Below, in pieces: positions 1 to 13,314 of a stretch of 64,000 nucleotides of DNA. The notes beneath the pieces were generated by a model, which did no database searches, was not told the origin of the DNA, and saw nothing but the letters and a program-made list of their open reading frames with translations. The stretch lies in assembly GCF_009914755.1 (NCBI RefSeq), contig NC_060931.1; one strand, written 5' to 3'. Both the position numbers and the translations under genes were made by a program. The stretch's first letter is position 1. Every line of letters starts with the position of its first letter. The stretch is from the human T2T-CHM13v2.0 reference genome, Homo sapiens.

Positions 1-813
1 GAGAGACGGTTGCATCACCATCCAGTGCACCTTACATGAGACATGCCCACAGACACAGTGCTGAGGGCAGGACTCATTTTCACAGGAGCCCAGCACCTTT
101 GGCTGCAGACAGTATCTCCACAACAGCCTCTTCTATCAAATCAATGTCTATAGACCTCCAAGACTGTCAGACTTCACATCACCTTCCTCAGAACATCCTG
201 GGAGGCAGGGTGGAGACAGGGACAGACACTGAGGTGCAAAGAAATGGTAATGACTCCTTCATCACACAGGGGGTCCCTGGTGGAGGCAACATCCACTTAG
301 GGGTCCCAAGCCTCAAGCGATGTTGCCTTCTTAGACCATGATACTACCTCCCCGTTGAACTATAGCTCCTTCTGAAGCTCTCAGCATGGTAAAAAACAAT
401 CACGATGCCTCCTCTCACCTCTTCCCTCCAGAGAGGCTGGCTTCACTATCTTTCAATTTCACAACCCCAAACAAAGAACTTGCAAATAAATAGAAGAAGG
501 AAAGGGACAGGACAACATGGACAGGCCTCCCCTTCTCCTCTTGTATGCCCATCTGACCACTCTCTTTTAAAATGCAACCCTTTCACCCTCACAAGGATCC
601 TGACTCCACTTAATCCACTTGATTTCCTTTTTCTGGAGTGTTTATCACCTGCTAACCTAGTCTCTGATTTATTTCTTAGGTTGGTTCCTTCTTTGCTGCT
701 TCCTTTTGCTAAAAGCATAGGGATATGTCACTCTTTCTTCATGGTTGTATTCCCAATGCCTTGACTGGTGCTTGGCACATAGTAGGAGGGAGCTTAGGGA
801 ATGCATCTTTTAA

Positions 814-1182
<369 letters not shown>

Positions 1183-2344
1183 TGTTTCCTAAACGAATGA
1201 ATGAATCAGGCCTGAGTAATATGCTATAAAGCAAGGTGGCCCTCGCCACTTCACTACTGGTTTACGCTGGAAGGAGCCAGGCAAGGCTGCTATCCTGGGC
1301 AATGCCTATGGGCAGGGAACTCACCTCCAGGCCCACCTCCTCAGGCCCCACAGGCGTCCGCATCCTGCTTTATAGCAAGGACTTGAGCACCGGCAGCTCA
1401 GAAGGACAGGCTGCAGGAGTCCCCCAGCACCTGGAAGCAGACCCACTGTGAACAGGAGTCAGTAAAACAAAGGACACCATAAAAGATGGCTTTGGTCCAA
1501 ACATCGCTGAAACAGATCCCCAAAGCAGAAATGTGTGTTTGAGGCTTCTGGCTTCCAGGAAGGAAAGGGCTGGTGTGTGGAGAGGCAGATACATTGAAAT
1601 TCACTGAGAAATCTGCCACTTCCTCTGGGTCTATCAAAGAAGATACTCGCCTTGTCTGGGGGACAGCTGCTTCTCCCCTGGTAGGGGTCACTCCAGGGCA
1701 CCCAAGAACAAGGATGGTCCCAGCTCTGCCACCTCATCTTCTCATTTATCTGCCTCACTGACATTTCCCCTCACCTCCTTCCCATTGGCTTGGCAGGTTT
1801 TTATCACACTGGTTTCAGTGTGTATAGACATTCCCTTGGGGTTACTGGAATTTTAGTAAATACACACCACACTCATATACATGCATACACATACAAAGCA
1901 AGAAGGGGGCTAACAGAGACACACAGACAGGGATAGACACAGGGGAAGGGGTGGGTGTGCATGTGCACACACAGCTGAGAGATATCCAGAATCATGCAGA
2001 AGAAAGAAAAGAGACAGAGAGAAACGTAACATGGCTCTGAAAGAGACAGTTAAATCATGACAAAATGACACTGACACTTAACAGTGCACACTCGTACACT
2101 CCAAGCAGAAGTGTACCCGGAACATGGCATTTGCTGCAAGAGCTCACAGAGGGACCCACACGTCCATGATAAGAGAAACCATATCCAGGCTACAGAACTA
2201 CGTAATTTGCAAATAATCTAATAGCTAACGTTTGCTGAATGTTCTTTCTGAGCTAAGCTCTTTTACATGGAATATCTCATTGAATCCTCACTCACTCCAG
2301 GAGATCAATACTGTTTACTAAATCCCCATTTCACAGGTGCACAC

Positions 2345-2848
2345 GGAGGCTGGGGTGATCTGAGCTGGCCTCTGTCTTCAGCTGTCTCACTCACCACTTT
2401 CCCCCTTCTCCCCTCCTGGCAGCCCGTCCGGTGTCCTCAAAAACACATGTCACATGCCGTCTCTGGCCTCTGTGCTTGCTGTTCCCTCCACCTGGACCAC
2501 TTCTCCCCAGACGGTCCTCTCGCACCACTTCACTCTCTTCTGCTTTTTGCTCAAAAGTTCCCTCCTTGGAGAATTTCCCTTGCAACCATCTTTAAAAGAG
2601 CACTCCCCTCCACTCTTCTGGCCATCACCTTATTTCTCCTGAGTCGGTTTAATTTTTCACTCTGTTCACTATTACCTGATCTAAGCCATTCACTCATTCT
2701 CTCATTCGCTGTCTCTCTGCCCAGAATGTAAGGCCTATAAGGATAAGGACTTTGCTTGTATTGTTCCCCATGGAATTCCTGGTATCCTAGAAGAATGCTT
2801 GGCTCAGAGCAGGTGCTCAGTAAACATTTGTTGAATATTGAATGAATA
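2345..2848 (+). mobile_element. L2 LINE 3' end (preceded by a MIR fragment at ~2215-2345)
   Basis: Ends in the L2 terminal signature gcaggtgctcagtaaacatttgttgaatattgaatgaa. Confidence 0.75.
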
Positions 2849-3087
2849 AGGTGCTGAGGGAATGGGTGACAGAGCCAGAAAATATGTAGCATTTGTGTGC
2901 AGATATGCACATGTGTACACACACACACACTCCATTCTCTACCTCCATTAGTCATATAATCCTTACCCTGCATGTCGAGAGCTGGCCATCCATTCATCCT
3001 CTCTACCATGCATTCATCCTACCACATGCCAAGAGCTGGCCTATTTCAGCATATGGAATGAGGAACACTGGAACCCAAGGAGAGTTT

Positions 3088-3387
<300 letters not shown>

Positions 3388-3894
3388 CCAAGGAAAGTTT
3401 CAAACAGCAGTGGGGAGTCAAAGTTAGTTGATCTCTCTGGATACTTCTTTAACTATGGATTCATTAACTGTTTCACGACTACTAAAATATGACGCAAAAT
3501 ATTTCCCCTGACTGTCAAATGCCTCTTTCCTGCACTCTGTGTCCCCCAGTGTGGTATCAGGTAAATCAGAGGGAGGCTGGAGGTGGCAGAGAGCAGCATC
3601 TCCATCCACAAAGAAACTAGGGACAAGAAGGGATGAAAGAGTGTTTAGAAGAGAGAGCAGCCCCTGCCCACCAAATGGTAAAGAGGAACATTCCTCAGGG
3701 GCAGAGGTAACACCCTAGATAGAGCTTGCCGGGTTGCTGACGAATCAAAGTTATCTGGTTCTTAATAAAACTCAGAATCCTGCCATCTCTATTTAAGTCT
3801 TCAGGCGTCATCTCCAGGCAGGAGGTCCCAGTCTCACCAAAATCAGAGTGCTCTCAAAGAAGGGCTGCTCTTCATCACAAACAGATGAAGTCCA

Positions 3895-4440
3895 AAGCTC
3901 ATTCACTCATATTAACTCTATAAGAATATACCTGGCCCTTTCTCTGGGTGAGGTCTTCCTCTACCTGCTAGACACAAGAGAGACAAGGTCCCTGCCCTCC
4001 AGGAACTTATATGCTAATTCATAGGGATGGGAAATAAACAGGTAATTTTCATACTGTGGTGGGCAGCAGAAGGGAGTAAACAAAAAGACTTAATAGGAAG
4101 AAGTCAAGATTCCAGGGTGAGGGATATTTATGTAGGGTGGCCAGCGGAGGCCTCTCTGAGGACACGATATTTGAGCAAAAACCACAGGCATGAGGAGGGA
4201 CCAGCCACAGGAAAAGCCAGAGAGTTTTCACAGCAGAGGAAACAGTAAGCGTGCAAGTTCTGCAGCAGGAAGGAGCTGGGCTCAGGGACAGAACAAAGGC
4301 CTGTTTGCTGGTACACGGAGAGCCAGGGTCCAGGGTCACAAAATGAGCTTGCAGAGGTGGAGATGAGTCACAGGATGGGGCCAAGGGACCATGCCAGGAG
4401 CTTGGGCCTTATGCCAAGAATGATGAGATGCCCCTGATGG
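3895..4440 (-). mobile_element. L2 fragment
   Basis: attcactcat..., gacaaggtccctgccctccaggaacttat and ggaggcctctctgaggac are typical antisense L2 segments. Confidence 0.6.
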
Positions 4441-4524
4441 TAGGAGGGGTCCATGAACACCCATTCTGTTAACTTGGAAAGTGCTCACAAGCCTCCCGAT
4501 TCAGTTGCTCATCTCTTCGCCTGT

Positions 4525-4853
4525 TGTATTAGCTTGTTTTCATGCTGCTGAAAAAAACATACCTGAGACTGGGTAATTTACAAAGAAAAAGAGGTTTAAT
4601 GGACTCAGAGTTTCATGTGGCTGGGGAGGCCTCACAATCACATCTTACATGGCGGCAGGGAAGACAGAATGAGAGCCAAGCAAATATAAAACCACTGGAT
4701 CTTGTGAGACTTATTCACTACATGAGAACAGCATGGGGGAAACCACCCCCAGGATTCAATTATCTTTCACCAGGTCCCTTCCACAACACATGGGAATTAT
4801 GGGAGCTACAATGCAAGATGAGATTTAGGTGGGGACACAGCCAAACCATATCA
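4525..4853 (-). mobile_element. THE1 (ERVL-MaLR) solo LTR, internally deleted
   Basis: TGTATTAG...CCAAACCATATCA termini, with a perfect 5-bp TSD CCTGT at 4520-4524 and 4854-4858. Confidence 0.95.
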
Positions 4854-5214
4854 CCTGTCATTGTATTGAACACAACACCAGGACAAAAAGGTTGTTTAGG
4901 CCACTGCCCTGCTGCAGATCCCAAACAGATCAGAGAAGAGAGAGGCTGGTATGTAAGAATGGACAGCATAAAGCACACATTTTCTACCACCAGTTTTTTT
5001 ACACAGTGATCCCTGTTAGAAAATGTGTCCTTCAATCCCATATAAGCCTCCTGGATTATCATCCAGATTGCCACTCTCACATATGTTTAGGATGCCCTTC
5101 CACTAAGATCTGGGAATACAGGTGCTAGTATGTTTCATGTTAGATTTTAGTCTTCAGTTATAGGAGCAACCAGAGCACCAAAATTGAAACCACAGCTCTC
5201 TTGAGCCCAGATCC

Positions 5215-5960
5215 ATTTAGTCAACCATTCCACAAATGTGATTTGAGTGTTTATTAGGTGTCAGTGCTGTTCTAGGGGTAACACACAAGTAAACTAAAGA
5301 GACTAAAAAACAAAAAATCATATTCTTATGGAGTTTACATTTTAAATGAGGAAGACATATAATACAGAACAATTATTAAGAATCATATAGCAAATAAGAA
5401 GAGACTAAGTGCTATGGATAAAAATAGAGCCAGGAGAGGAGATTGGGAGTTTATGAGTCTGAGTGGAAGGCAATCTAGAGTTTTACCTGTGGTACTCAGG
5501 GGACGCAGATACCTGGATAGAATTCCAGGCAAAGGGGAACAACCAGGACAAAGATCCTGAAGCAGGAGCCTGCCATATTGCAGGAGCATCACAGAGGACA
5601 TTTCTGTGTCCAGAGCACTCTCTCCCGCCCTGGCCCTGCAGACTAGGGGAGCGGGGAGAGCGGGGAGAGCGGCAGGTGATGAGCTTGGACATCTCATGAG
5701 GACAGAGCATATAAGGCCCTGTGGGTCTTCATAGGCACTTTGGTCATTGAAAGGATTTAAACGGAGGAATGACACTATCTAACTCAAACTTTTGAAGATT
5801 AACTGCTGCATGGAGAAAAGACTGGAAAGACAAAGGTGGAAACAGAGAGAGTAGTTGGAGGGCTATTGCAAATATTCAGGCAAGAGACCATGGGGGTTCA
5901 ATCCAGGTGGGTAACAATGAAGTGGTGGGAAATAGCCATATTCTGGAAACATTTTGTAGA
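5215..5960 (-). mobile_element. L2 fragment
   Basis: cttatggagtttacatttt, gaattccaggcaaaggggaac...aaagatcctgaagcagga, and ggctattgcaaatattcaggcaagagac. Confidence 0.7.
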
Positions 5961-5963
5961 GTC

Positions 5964-6026
5964 CGTAGAATTATGGGAGCTACAACTCAAGATGAGATTT
6001 GGGTGGGACACAGCAAAACCATATCA
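5964..6026 (-). mobile_element. THE1 LTR 5'-terminal remnant (~63 bp)
   Basis: gaattatgggagctacaactcaagatgagatttgggtgggacacagcaaaaccatatca is nearly identical to 4794-4853. Confidence 0.85.
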
Positions 6027-6335
6027 AGGTGTTTATGTTAAAATGAGGCTGATAGAGAGAGGCCCTAATCCAATCTGACTGGTGCTCTTAGAAGAAGAGG
6101 CGAGTAGGACACATAGAGAAACACCAGGGCTGTGCACACAGAGGAAAGGCTATGTGAGGACACAGTGAGAAGGTGGCCATCTGCAAGCCAGGGAGAGAGG
6201 CCTCAGAAAAAACCAGCCCTGCTGACACTGTGATCCTGGACTTCCAACATCCAAAGCTATGAGAAAACAAATTTCTGTTGTTTAAGCTCCCCAGTCTGTG
6301 CTATTTTGTTATGGCAGCCCTAGCCAATGAATATA
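6027..6335 (+). mobile_element. MLT1A/B (MaLR) LTR lacking its 5' end
   Basis: ggccctaatccaatctgactggtg...aaatttctgttgtttaagc...ttgttatggcagccctagc. Confidence 0.85.
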
Positions 6336-7712
6336 AGTGGTAGATTACTGACATGCAGGAAGTGCTTCCCTTATCTGACTTAAGTTTGAACTTTGTAATA
6401 AACTGAAGCAATAGGTTATTTGTGTTGGTACCTCTCTTTTCCAATTCTGGTTCAATGAAGGCACTGGGGACTCATTCATTAAAAAATTAAGAGGGGCCTA
6501 TTAGGTGAAGTTTAGGCTGGCAAGGCATCGGATGCTCTCAAGCTGCTGGCAGCAAGAGAGACAAGGAAGTCATAATCACAGCCTGGTCTGACAAGAGCTA
6601 CTATAGACATGTCTAACTGCAGGCCAGGAATAGTCCAATGAAGAATGTGACAGCCGAGCTAAGTTTTGAAGGACAAGGAAAAATTAGTCACATAAGAAAG
6701 GAAAGTGCTTTCCAGGCTGCACTGACATCATGGCTAAGCTATGCCCTTAGCCTGCAGACACAGTGTGCAACGTGTTCTGACCCATCATGGCTGAGGGAGA
6801 CCCACCACCTGAAGGAGGCTGGAATTAGTCTTGATACCCTGGGTCTGGAAAATACCCAGGTATATTTATCAAGCTGCTTTGCCCTGAGCTCTATTCCGCA
6901 TGCCCAACCTGTCAAGCAGGCCTGGGTTCCTGATGCGCTCTCCCCCGGGACTGGATTTTTGCTCCCTGCCTCCCTTGGCCTCACCTGGGCTGCTGTGCTC
7001 CAACCCAGATGGACCATCTAGAATCTCAATACCAGCCCCTGCCTGACTCTAAGCACGGCCAGTGTCTGGAAACTCCTGTCACAGAGTCATAAAAAACAAG
7101 AGTCTCTCCATTTAACAAGCACTTACTCTGTGCCAGCCATGGTTCTAAGCTTATTATATGCCTATCTCATTCAATTCTTGGAAAAAAACTATCTGATATT
7201 ATTGTCACCAACATAGGACAGTAAAGAATGCTGAATCTTAAGGTTAGGAACTTACCAGAGACTACATTTAGTAAATGAGATTTAAGATTCCCACTCAGAC
7301 ATTTCAATGGCAACACCTGTGGACTTAATCATTGCACTGTTCTACAAATCTCCACCAAGAATCCACAAGCCCAGTGGAGACCAGTGTCGGCCCAGGTGTT
7401 AGGCCTTTGAGATGGTCATTTGGGTGGCAGGCCAGTCTCCACATCTGTGTGGAGCAGCCCTGGAATGGATGAACACCCTGGCTCTATTCATTCCTGCCTT
7501 CCTTTCCAATGTGCCCATAATATGGAGTTCTCAGGATGCCTCATTGCCAAGCCTGAATGGACAGTGACCACATTACCCATCCAAGGGGAAACAGCTGAGG
7601 ACAAAGAGGTGAACAAGGATTCAGATGGGCACCTCCAGGGAAGGAGTAATGCTCAGAATGCTGACTCAGTTCTCAAAGGGGGCTGATAACTCATATTACC
7701 AGCTTATACTTT

Positions 7713-7866
7713 GTTTTTTTGTTTTTAATTTCTCTTTTTTTTTTTTTTAGAGACAAAGTCTTGCTATGTTGCCCAGGCTGGCCTTGAACTCCTGGCCTTT
7801 CGGTAATCCTCCTGCCTTGGCCTCCCGAGCAGCTGGGATTATAGGTGCAAGACCCTGCACCTGGCT
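7713..7866 (-). mobile_element. Free left Alu monomer (FLAM)
   Basis: Single arm with T-tail: gagacaaagtcttgctatgttgcccaggctggccttgaactcctgg...gcacctggct. Confidence 0.85.
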
Positions 7867-9384
7867 CCGTTTATATTTTCCGTCTTTGAAAGTCCTCTTA
7901 TGTTTTAAGTCCCAGGTTCAGAAATGCTGGCTTTCAGATCAGGCAAGAAATCTTGAATATTCAATGCCTTGTGAAGATCTTCTCCAGATGATTCATGCCA
8001 CCAAGGAAAGCTGCTTCCCCTCAGCTCCTAGGGCCTCAGAGGTGGGCTTGGAGTGGGGAGTGTGGAAGCTGTTATAAAAGCAAGGAATGCAGACAAATGG
8101 GAAGCCTCGTGCCCAGCTGCAGGCTCCATCTCGGTAGTCTCCCCTCCCAGGAAAAAATACTCCATTTTCCACCCTACCTTGGGAATGAGACCATTCCCAA
8201 GCCATGGCAGCCTCATCCAGGGCACAGTGGGTCCCAGTATGGCTGAAGTCGGGAGAACGGGGAGTCTGACAACAGGAGAAGATGTCATCGAGCTCTTGGG
8301 GAGGGCAGAGCTCCTGTGACTGTTAAGGCATAATGCACAAGCCCCGTGGGTGGCATAATGTGGAATTCATCTCCCCCACAATGCCAAGAGGGTCCAGGCA
8401 GAACAATCCAGACTCTGTCAGCAGGGTCCTCCAGAGAGTTCAGGCCACGCTGACGAGGATGAAAAAGAGGGGAGATCTGCCCCTCATGGCCGCTGCTGCC
8501 ACTCAGAGCTAACGCATACATATTCATGGGATAGAGGGGCAGCTCCCGAGAATGACCCATCCTCCACAGAGGCCACAGGGCAGAGGTACAGCAGTGCTGC
8601 ACCTCACTTGGGGTGGGCTGTGTGTTGTGGGGTGGAGGACTCCAGGAAATACCCTTAAATACATGGATGTCCAAGGTGAAACCCCTTCCTTTGCCTGCTG
8701 CAGACATATGACTCCTGGCCTGAGCTCAGGGACTCCAGAAAAACTCACTTCGTTCTCAGCTCAGTTTGAGAACCAAGCCCAGGTTTTCTACTTCCTACTC
8801 AGCATCAGCAAACCTGCACCATATCTGTTCTTCTCGGGTGGGCTCCATGGCATTTGCTGGAGTTTCCACAAAGAGTTGTATGTACACACAAAAGTTCAGG
8901 CCGTGCCCTACCCCATCACATCTCATCACACAGACTGTTTTCTGAGTCCTGACCATGGTGTTCCCTTAACTACACTCTTTTGGCAATAAATTCTTGATCC
9001 CACAGGCTTCTGGGGGCCAGGAAGGTGACTTTGGTATGAGGTAGCATTTTGTATAGGGAAATCTGGACCCACAATTTGGGCATCTGTACGACGTTCCTTC
9101 AGAAGAAAGCAAATGTTGGCCCCGAACATATATGCATGATTTTGAAATTAGTGGATTTGTTTTAGACTCTCCAATATTTTGATATTTTAAATGTTTCTTT
9201 CCTGTTTCAGAACACCAAGCCTCAGTCCCCAGGCAGCATAACTGAAAAGTATAACTGAAAAGATACATACTACGCCAAATAAATCAAATCACCTCTCTGC
9301 AGCTGGCCTCCTAAGGTTTGTACTGAGCCACAGGCTAGTATTTAACTGCAAGACAAATGTCTAGCGGAGCCCGAAGAGCCTTAC

Positions 9385-9516
9385 CTGCCTCTCTGACATG
9401 ATGTAGAGTTGCTCGTGGTCCTTGGAGAAGGCCATATCCCGGAGGACTGGGCCGGGGTCCACCACCTGCACCGTCTCATACTGGAGGGCGTTGCCCCTGG
9501 GTCCATCCACCCGGAT
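9385..9516 (-). CDS. PLXNA4: Internal coding exon of plexin-A4 (C-terminal end of the Sema domain, just before the first PSI domain); 132 nt, 44 aa, phase 0/0
   Basis: Minus strand reads ...ctctcctcttcttctccacAG|ATC CGG GTG...AGG CAG|GTAAGG. The peptide IRVDGPRGNALQYETVQVVDPGPVLRDMAFSKDHEQLYIMSERQ (inside track ORF 9361..9597) matches plexin-A4 as I recall it. Codon-like CpG retention stands out against the flanks. Confidence 0.95.
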
Positions 9517-9548
9517 CTGTGGAGAAGAAGAGGAGAGCCAAAGTGAGT
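9517..9548 (-). promoter_or_regulatory. 3' splice site, polypyrimidine tract and branch-point candidate of the PLXNA4 exon
   Basis: Minus strand: aCTCACtttggctctcctcttcttctccacAG. The yUnAy branch A is at 9544 (-28) and the AG is at 9518-9517. Confidence 0.85.
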
Positions 9549-10959
9549 TCAGATCCTGCACTGCCCACAGCCAAACTTCAGCCAAAGACCCTGTCAACAG
9601 CCAAGGGAGAGGGCATGAGTTCTGTCTCCACAGTGCTCACAGGCTAAAGCCAAGGAGTGGAGTGACATAAGCTCACCAAGGGCCTCAGGATGGGAGTGGC
9701 AGAGAGGGAAGTGGGGGACCAAGCTGGGCTTCACCAAGAATCCAGTCTTAATCTCCCTGGTTCCCTATGCCTCAGGCTCAAGCATTTGATGCCTTTCTTG
9801 CTGGTCTTTGGAGAAAAAGATGAGGCTCTGAGGCTTGGAGGAACAACATGTAATTGAAACTGCCTCAGATCAGAGCGTCACCCTGCATTGGAAAGGCAAT
9901 ATTATTTGCTGCATTTGTTAGCAGAAAAACATGTCAGTGTAAGGATGGGAACTGCTACCTGGATGTCATTGCTGTTCCTTGAAGGTGAACCAGGCAGGGG
10001 GCCAACCCCAAAGGTTTCACACTAAGGGTCTCTTTTTTTGCCATTGAAATAGTGGCTTATACTTATACCATTAGGTCCTGAAACCTTCTAGAGGTTTTGT
10101 TCACGTCCCCAGCAAAAGGGATGTGGGAATTACAGGAAAATGTGCTTCAGGCATGAGTCATCCACAACCTTCTGCAAACACTCAGCTGAATAGATCATCC
10201 CCGGCCATCCATAAGTCCTTCCTAGAAATGCTGGGACAGCATAGAGACAATGGAAAGAAGACTTCTGCCCACATGCCCCATGAATGAGAACTAACCTAGA
10301 AAAGACATGAGCTTTCCAACCCTACATGATGCTCATCTGGCCTCTGGATGTTGGCCAAGGTCTCTGGAAACATCCTGTGTTTGAGTGCATAGATCCAACA
10401 TGACCGCTGCGCAGTCAGTGCTAAAAACACCACTCCCATAAATCAGGAACAAATATTACTGAGAGTGTGGCTAGGCAAGAACTAGGGGATCACCACACTT
10501 CCCTACCACATGCACAACTGTAAGCTACACATAACGTAATTTTAGAGATTTCAACAATAAAACTAAAGAAAAAAATTATATTCCAAATATTCCCATTAGG
10601 CACTCTTATTTTTAATTTTTAATGTATAATTTTTAACCTCTCACAAGATCAAGGAGAATAAAAGAGTCATTCTGAGGAACTAAATTACAGAAAGAACACC
10701 ATGTTAATGACAACTGACCACACCAGGTCCCCCAGAAGGCTCCCACCTTTCATTTCTCTTGAGTCCATGAACTCTGATATCAGGTTATTTTGTGGTTTAT
10801 TTGCTTGATTTTGGGTTTGTTCTGGACTCTGATTTTTAAAATTTCCTTTTAAGCATTATTTTCAAGCTTCATGGACATCAGGTACTGGGAGATGGTTTTG
10901 CACATAATTCCTTATTGATATAATCCTCTCAATCCTGTGGGTTTAATGTTCATTCATCA

Positions 10960-11433
10960 CGGCTCATGTGTCCCTCCAGCATCCATTCCACCTTCTCCCA
11001 CCTTTTGGGTGGGATTGAACCCACTCCTTGCTTCCCAGGTTGTCCGTGATGAGCATAAACAAACCAGCTTGATCTTACTCTCTGCCACAGTGATTAAGAG
11101 AAAATAGGCTCAAGCCAATCAACGTGAATCAGAGCAAAGCAGGGACTCATGGTAGAAAGAAGAGGCCATCTTTCTTCACTCTCAAAGGGGTAGAATGAAC
11201 TTGCGGCTCAAAGATCTGTGGGCAGCCCTCTCCTAACAAGGAAGGGAACTGGAACCAGGGCAGGTCAAACACAGAGATGGGAAAATATTGGTCTTTGGTG
11301 ACATCGCTGAGCCACTGAATCAAAGTAACCCCAAAGCCTGCCTGACATTGGGACTTCCTAGTTACTGCAGATATTTTCTTTAGGTTAAAGTAATACAAAG
11401 GTTTTTTGCAACATCAAAAGTCCTAGTGGATGC
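10960..11433 (+). mobile_element. Old MaLR LTR (MLT1J/K/L-like)
   Basis: ctctgccacagtgatt...agccaatca, ggtgacatcgctgagccactgaatcaa, and 3' end ttgcaacatcaaaagtcctagtggatgca. Confidence 0.6.
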
Positions 11434-13314
11434 ACTGATAATAGACAAGAAAAATGATACCCAGGTACATTAAACAAGTGGCCTGTGGGATAAAATCTGG
11501 GGACAGAATTAGAATTCAGTTTGACTCTGGAAGTCCATGCTTTTCCTACCACCAGTTACATGAGAGTCCTTGCTCCCAGAGGGTTTCCTGTATGTCTCCC
11601 GGTGGTGGCCACCTAAAGGCAGGGAGCTGAGGTCAGGGTCTGTCTCTAGTCTGTACAATTCCTGAGGCTTTCTCTAGTCATTCTTGATTTTGGTGCTCAA
11701 ACACTTGAACCTGACAAATATTTATTTTAAAAATGAATAAATTAATGAATGTAGTTCAGATTCCTCTTTGATGGTTTCCCATTAAGCCCATGAAAACAAC
11801 AGTTAAAGGATTTAAGGAGTCGTGGTTAGTGTCAAAAATGGAAATGCCTCTGATTCCCAGAGCCTTCCTTCTTCTGTGCCCACCCCAAGCCACCAGATGT
11901 CCATGCTGGCCAGGTCCTTTCCTAATCTAGATGAAACAGGAGTTCATGCAAAACCAATTGGGATTACCACCCAAGTCTGACCGTGCAATGATGGCCTTGG
12001 CCCCTGGCCCAGCCAAGCTTCATCCCCAGCTGGGAGGTGCCCCTGGAGCAGGAGCAGAGAGTGATACTGAATGCCCTGGCTGGTCTCCAGCCCCCTCAGG
12101 CCACCGTCGGCCAGAGCAGGGTCCCCAGGGGAGTGCTGGCGGAACTAAGCTCCATCCAGTGCCCCTTGGCCTGATCCCCAAATGAAATTACATTCAGTGC
12201 CTGAGCAGTCTCCTTTATCTTTCGACTCCAACTTCACTGCTCCTTAGGATGAGGGGTTTGCTGGGTGTGGCTGGACATCAAAGGAAGCCAGTTGACTTGG
12301 GGGATGGACAGAGGGGTGGATGAGGAAGCACCAACTGGACAAGGTTCCATAGGCCTGGCCTTCTGCAAGGAGGCTGGATGCAGATTAGTCCCCACCCTCT
12401 GCACTCTGCCAGCGAGAAATATGTAACTGGAAAGGCTCCTTCTCTCTTTTCCCACCCCACCCTCCAACAAATTTTCAGAAAACCAAAGAAAAGCATTATT
12501 TATTCATCTGTTGAAAAAATTCACACAAGACATGGATAAAGGAGTTTATGGTGGAATTTACTGAATGTTTGATGAGCAATACAAAAATTTAGGTAGAATG
12601 GACCAGCTGCCGGCTCTTGGACCCTTAACATAGACAAATAGAACAAGAGCTGTTATTTATTGAGTGGCCACTATGGGTCTGGGACAATGATAGGCATTTT
12701 ATATATATTTATTTTCTTATTTAAATCTCAGAACTCAGTAAAGTAAGCATTAATATTGTCCCCCTTTATAGGTGTGGCACAAAAAAGGTTAAATAACTTG
12801 GTTAAGGTCACACATCTGGCGGATGGCACAGGCTGCACCCTTACCAGGGTCTGATTGTTTCCAGTGGTCATGCTTCTATGAGTTCACACTCTACACCAAA
12901 GGCTCACACTGAATCCGGCACTATTGTTTATGTAAACCTGCATTCCTTCAAGACGTCAAAGGAGTTGATTTTAAACAAGCATCACCCCAGGGGTGCTGGA
13001 GGAGCCATGTCTTTATCTACTGCAGTTCTGGGAGAGAAACGTGCATATGAATGAAGATGCTGTTGTAAATTTTCTAAATAATGATCCCTTATATTTTTGC
13101 TTTATACCTTGCAAAGCATTCTTAAATAACACTGTCTCAGCTGATGGTTGTAAAATTTTTATGATGTTGATTGCCAGAATAATCATTCTCATCTTCCTGA
13201 TGAAGCAGCCAAGATGGAGGCTGTTCTGTGCCTTGCCCCAAGTTCAATGATAAACCAATGGCATATAAGACTAGAACCCAGGTCTCCTGATTCCTAGCTC
13301 AGTGCTTGTCTCTT

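Noticed and set aside
4525-6026. Two same-orientation THE1 sequences as the LTR pair of one element
   Set aside because: The first has its own complete TSD (CCTGT), and the intervening DNA is L2 or unique rather than THE1-internal.
9361-9597. 78-aa ORF as a standalone gene, or read-through isoform ending ...ERQVRLFGLR-stop
   Set aside because: Only 9385-9516 is bounded by splice sites and plexin-like. I saw no nearby minus-strand poly(A) signal to support an intronic-polyadenylation isoform.
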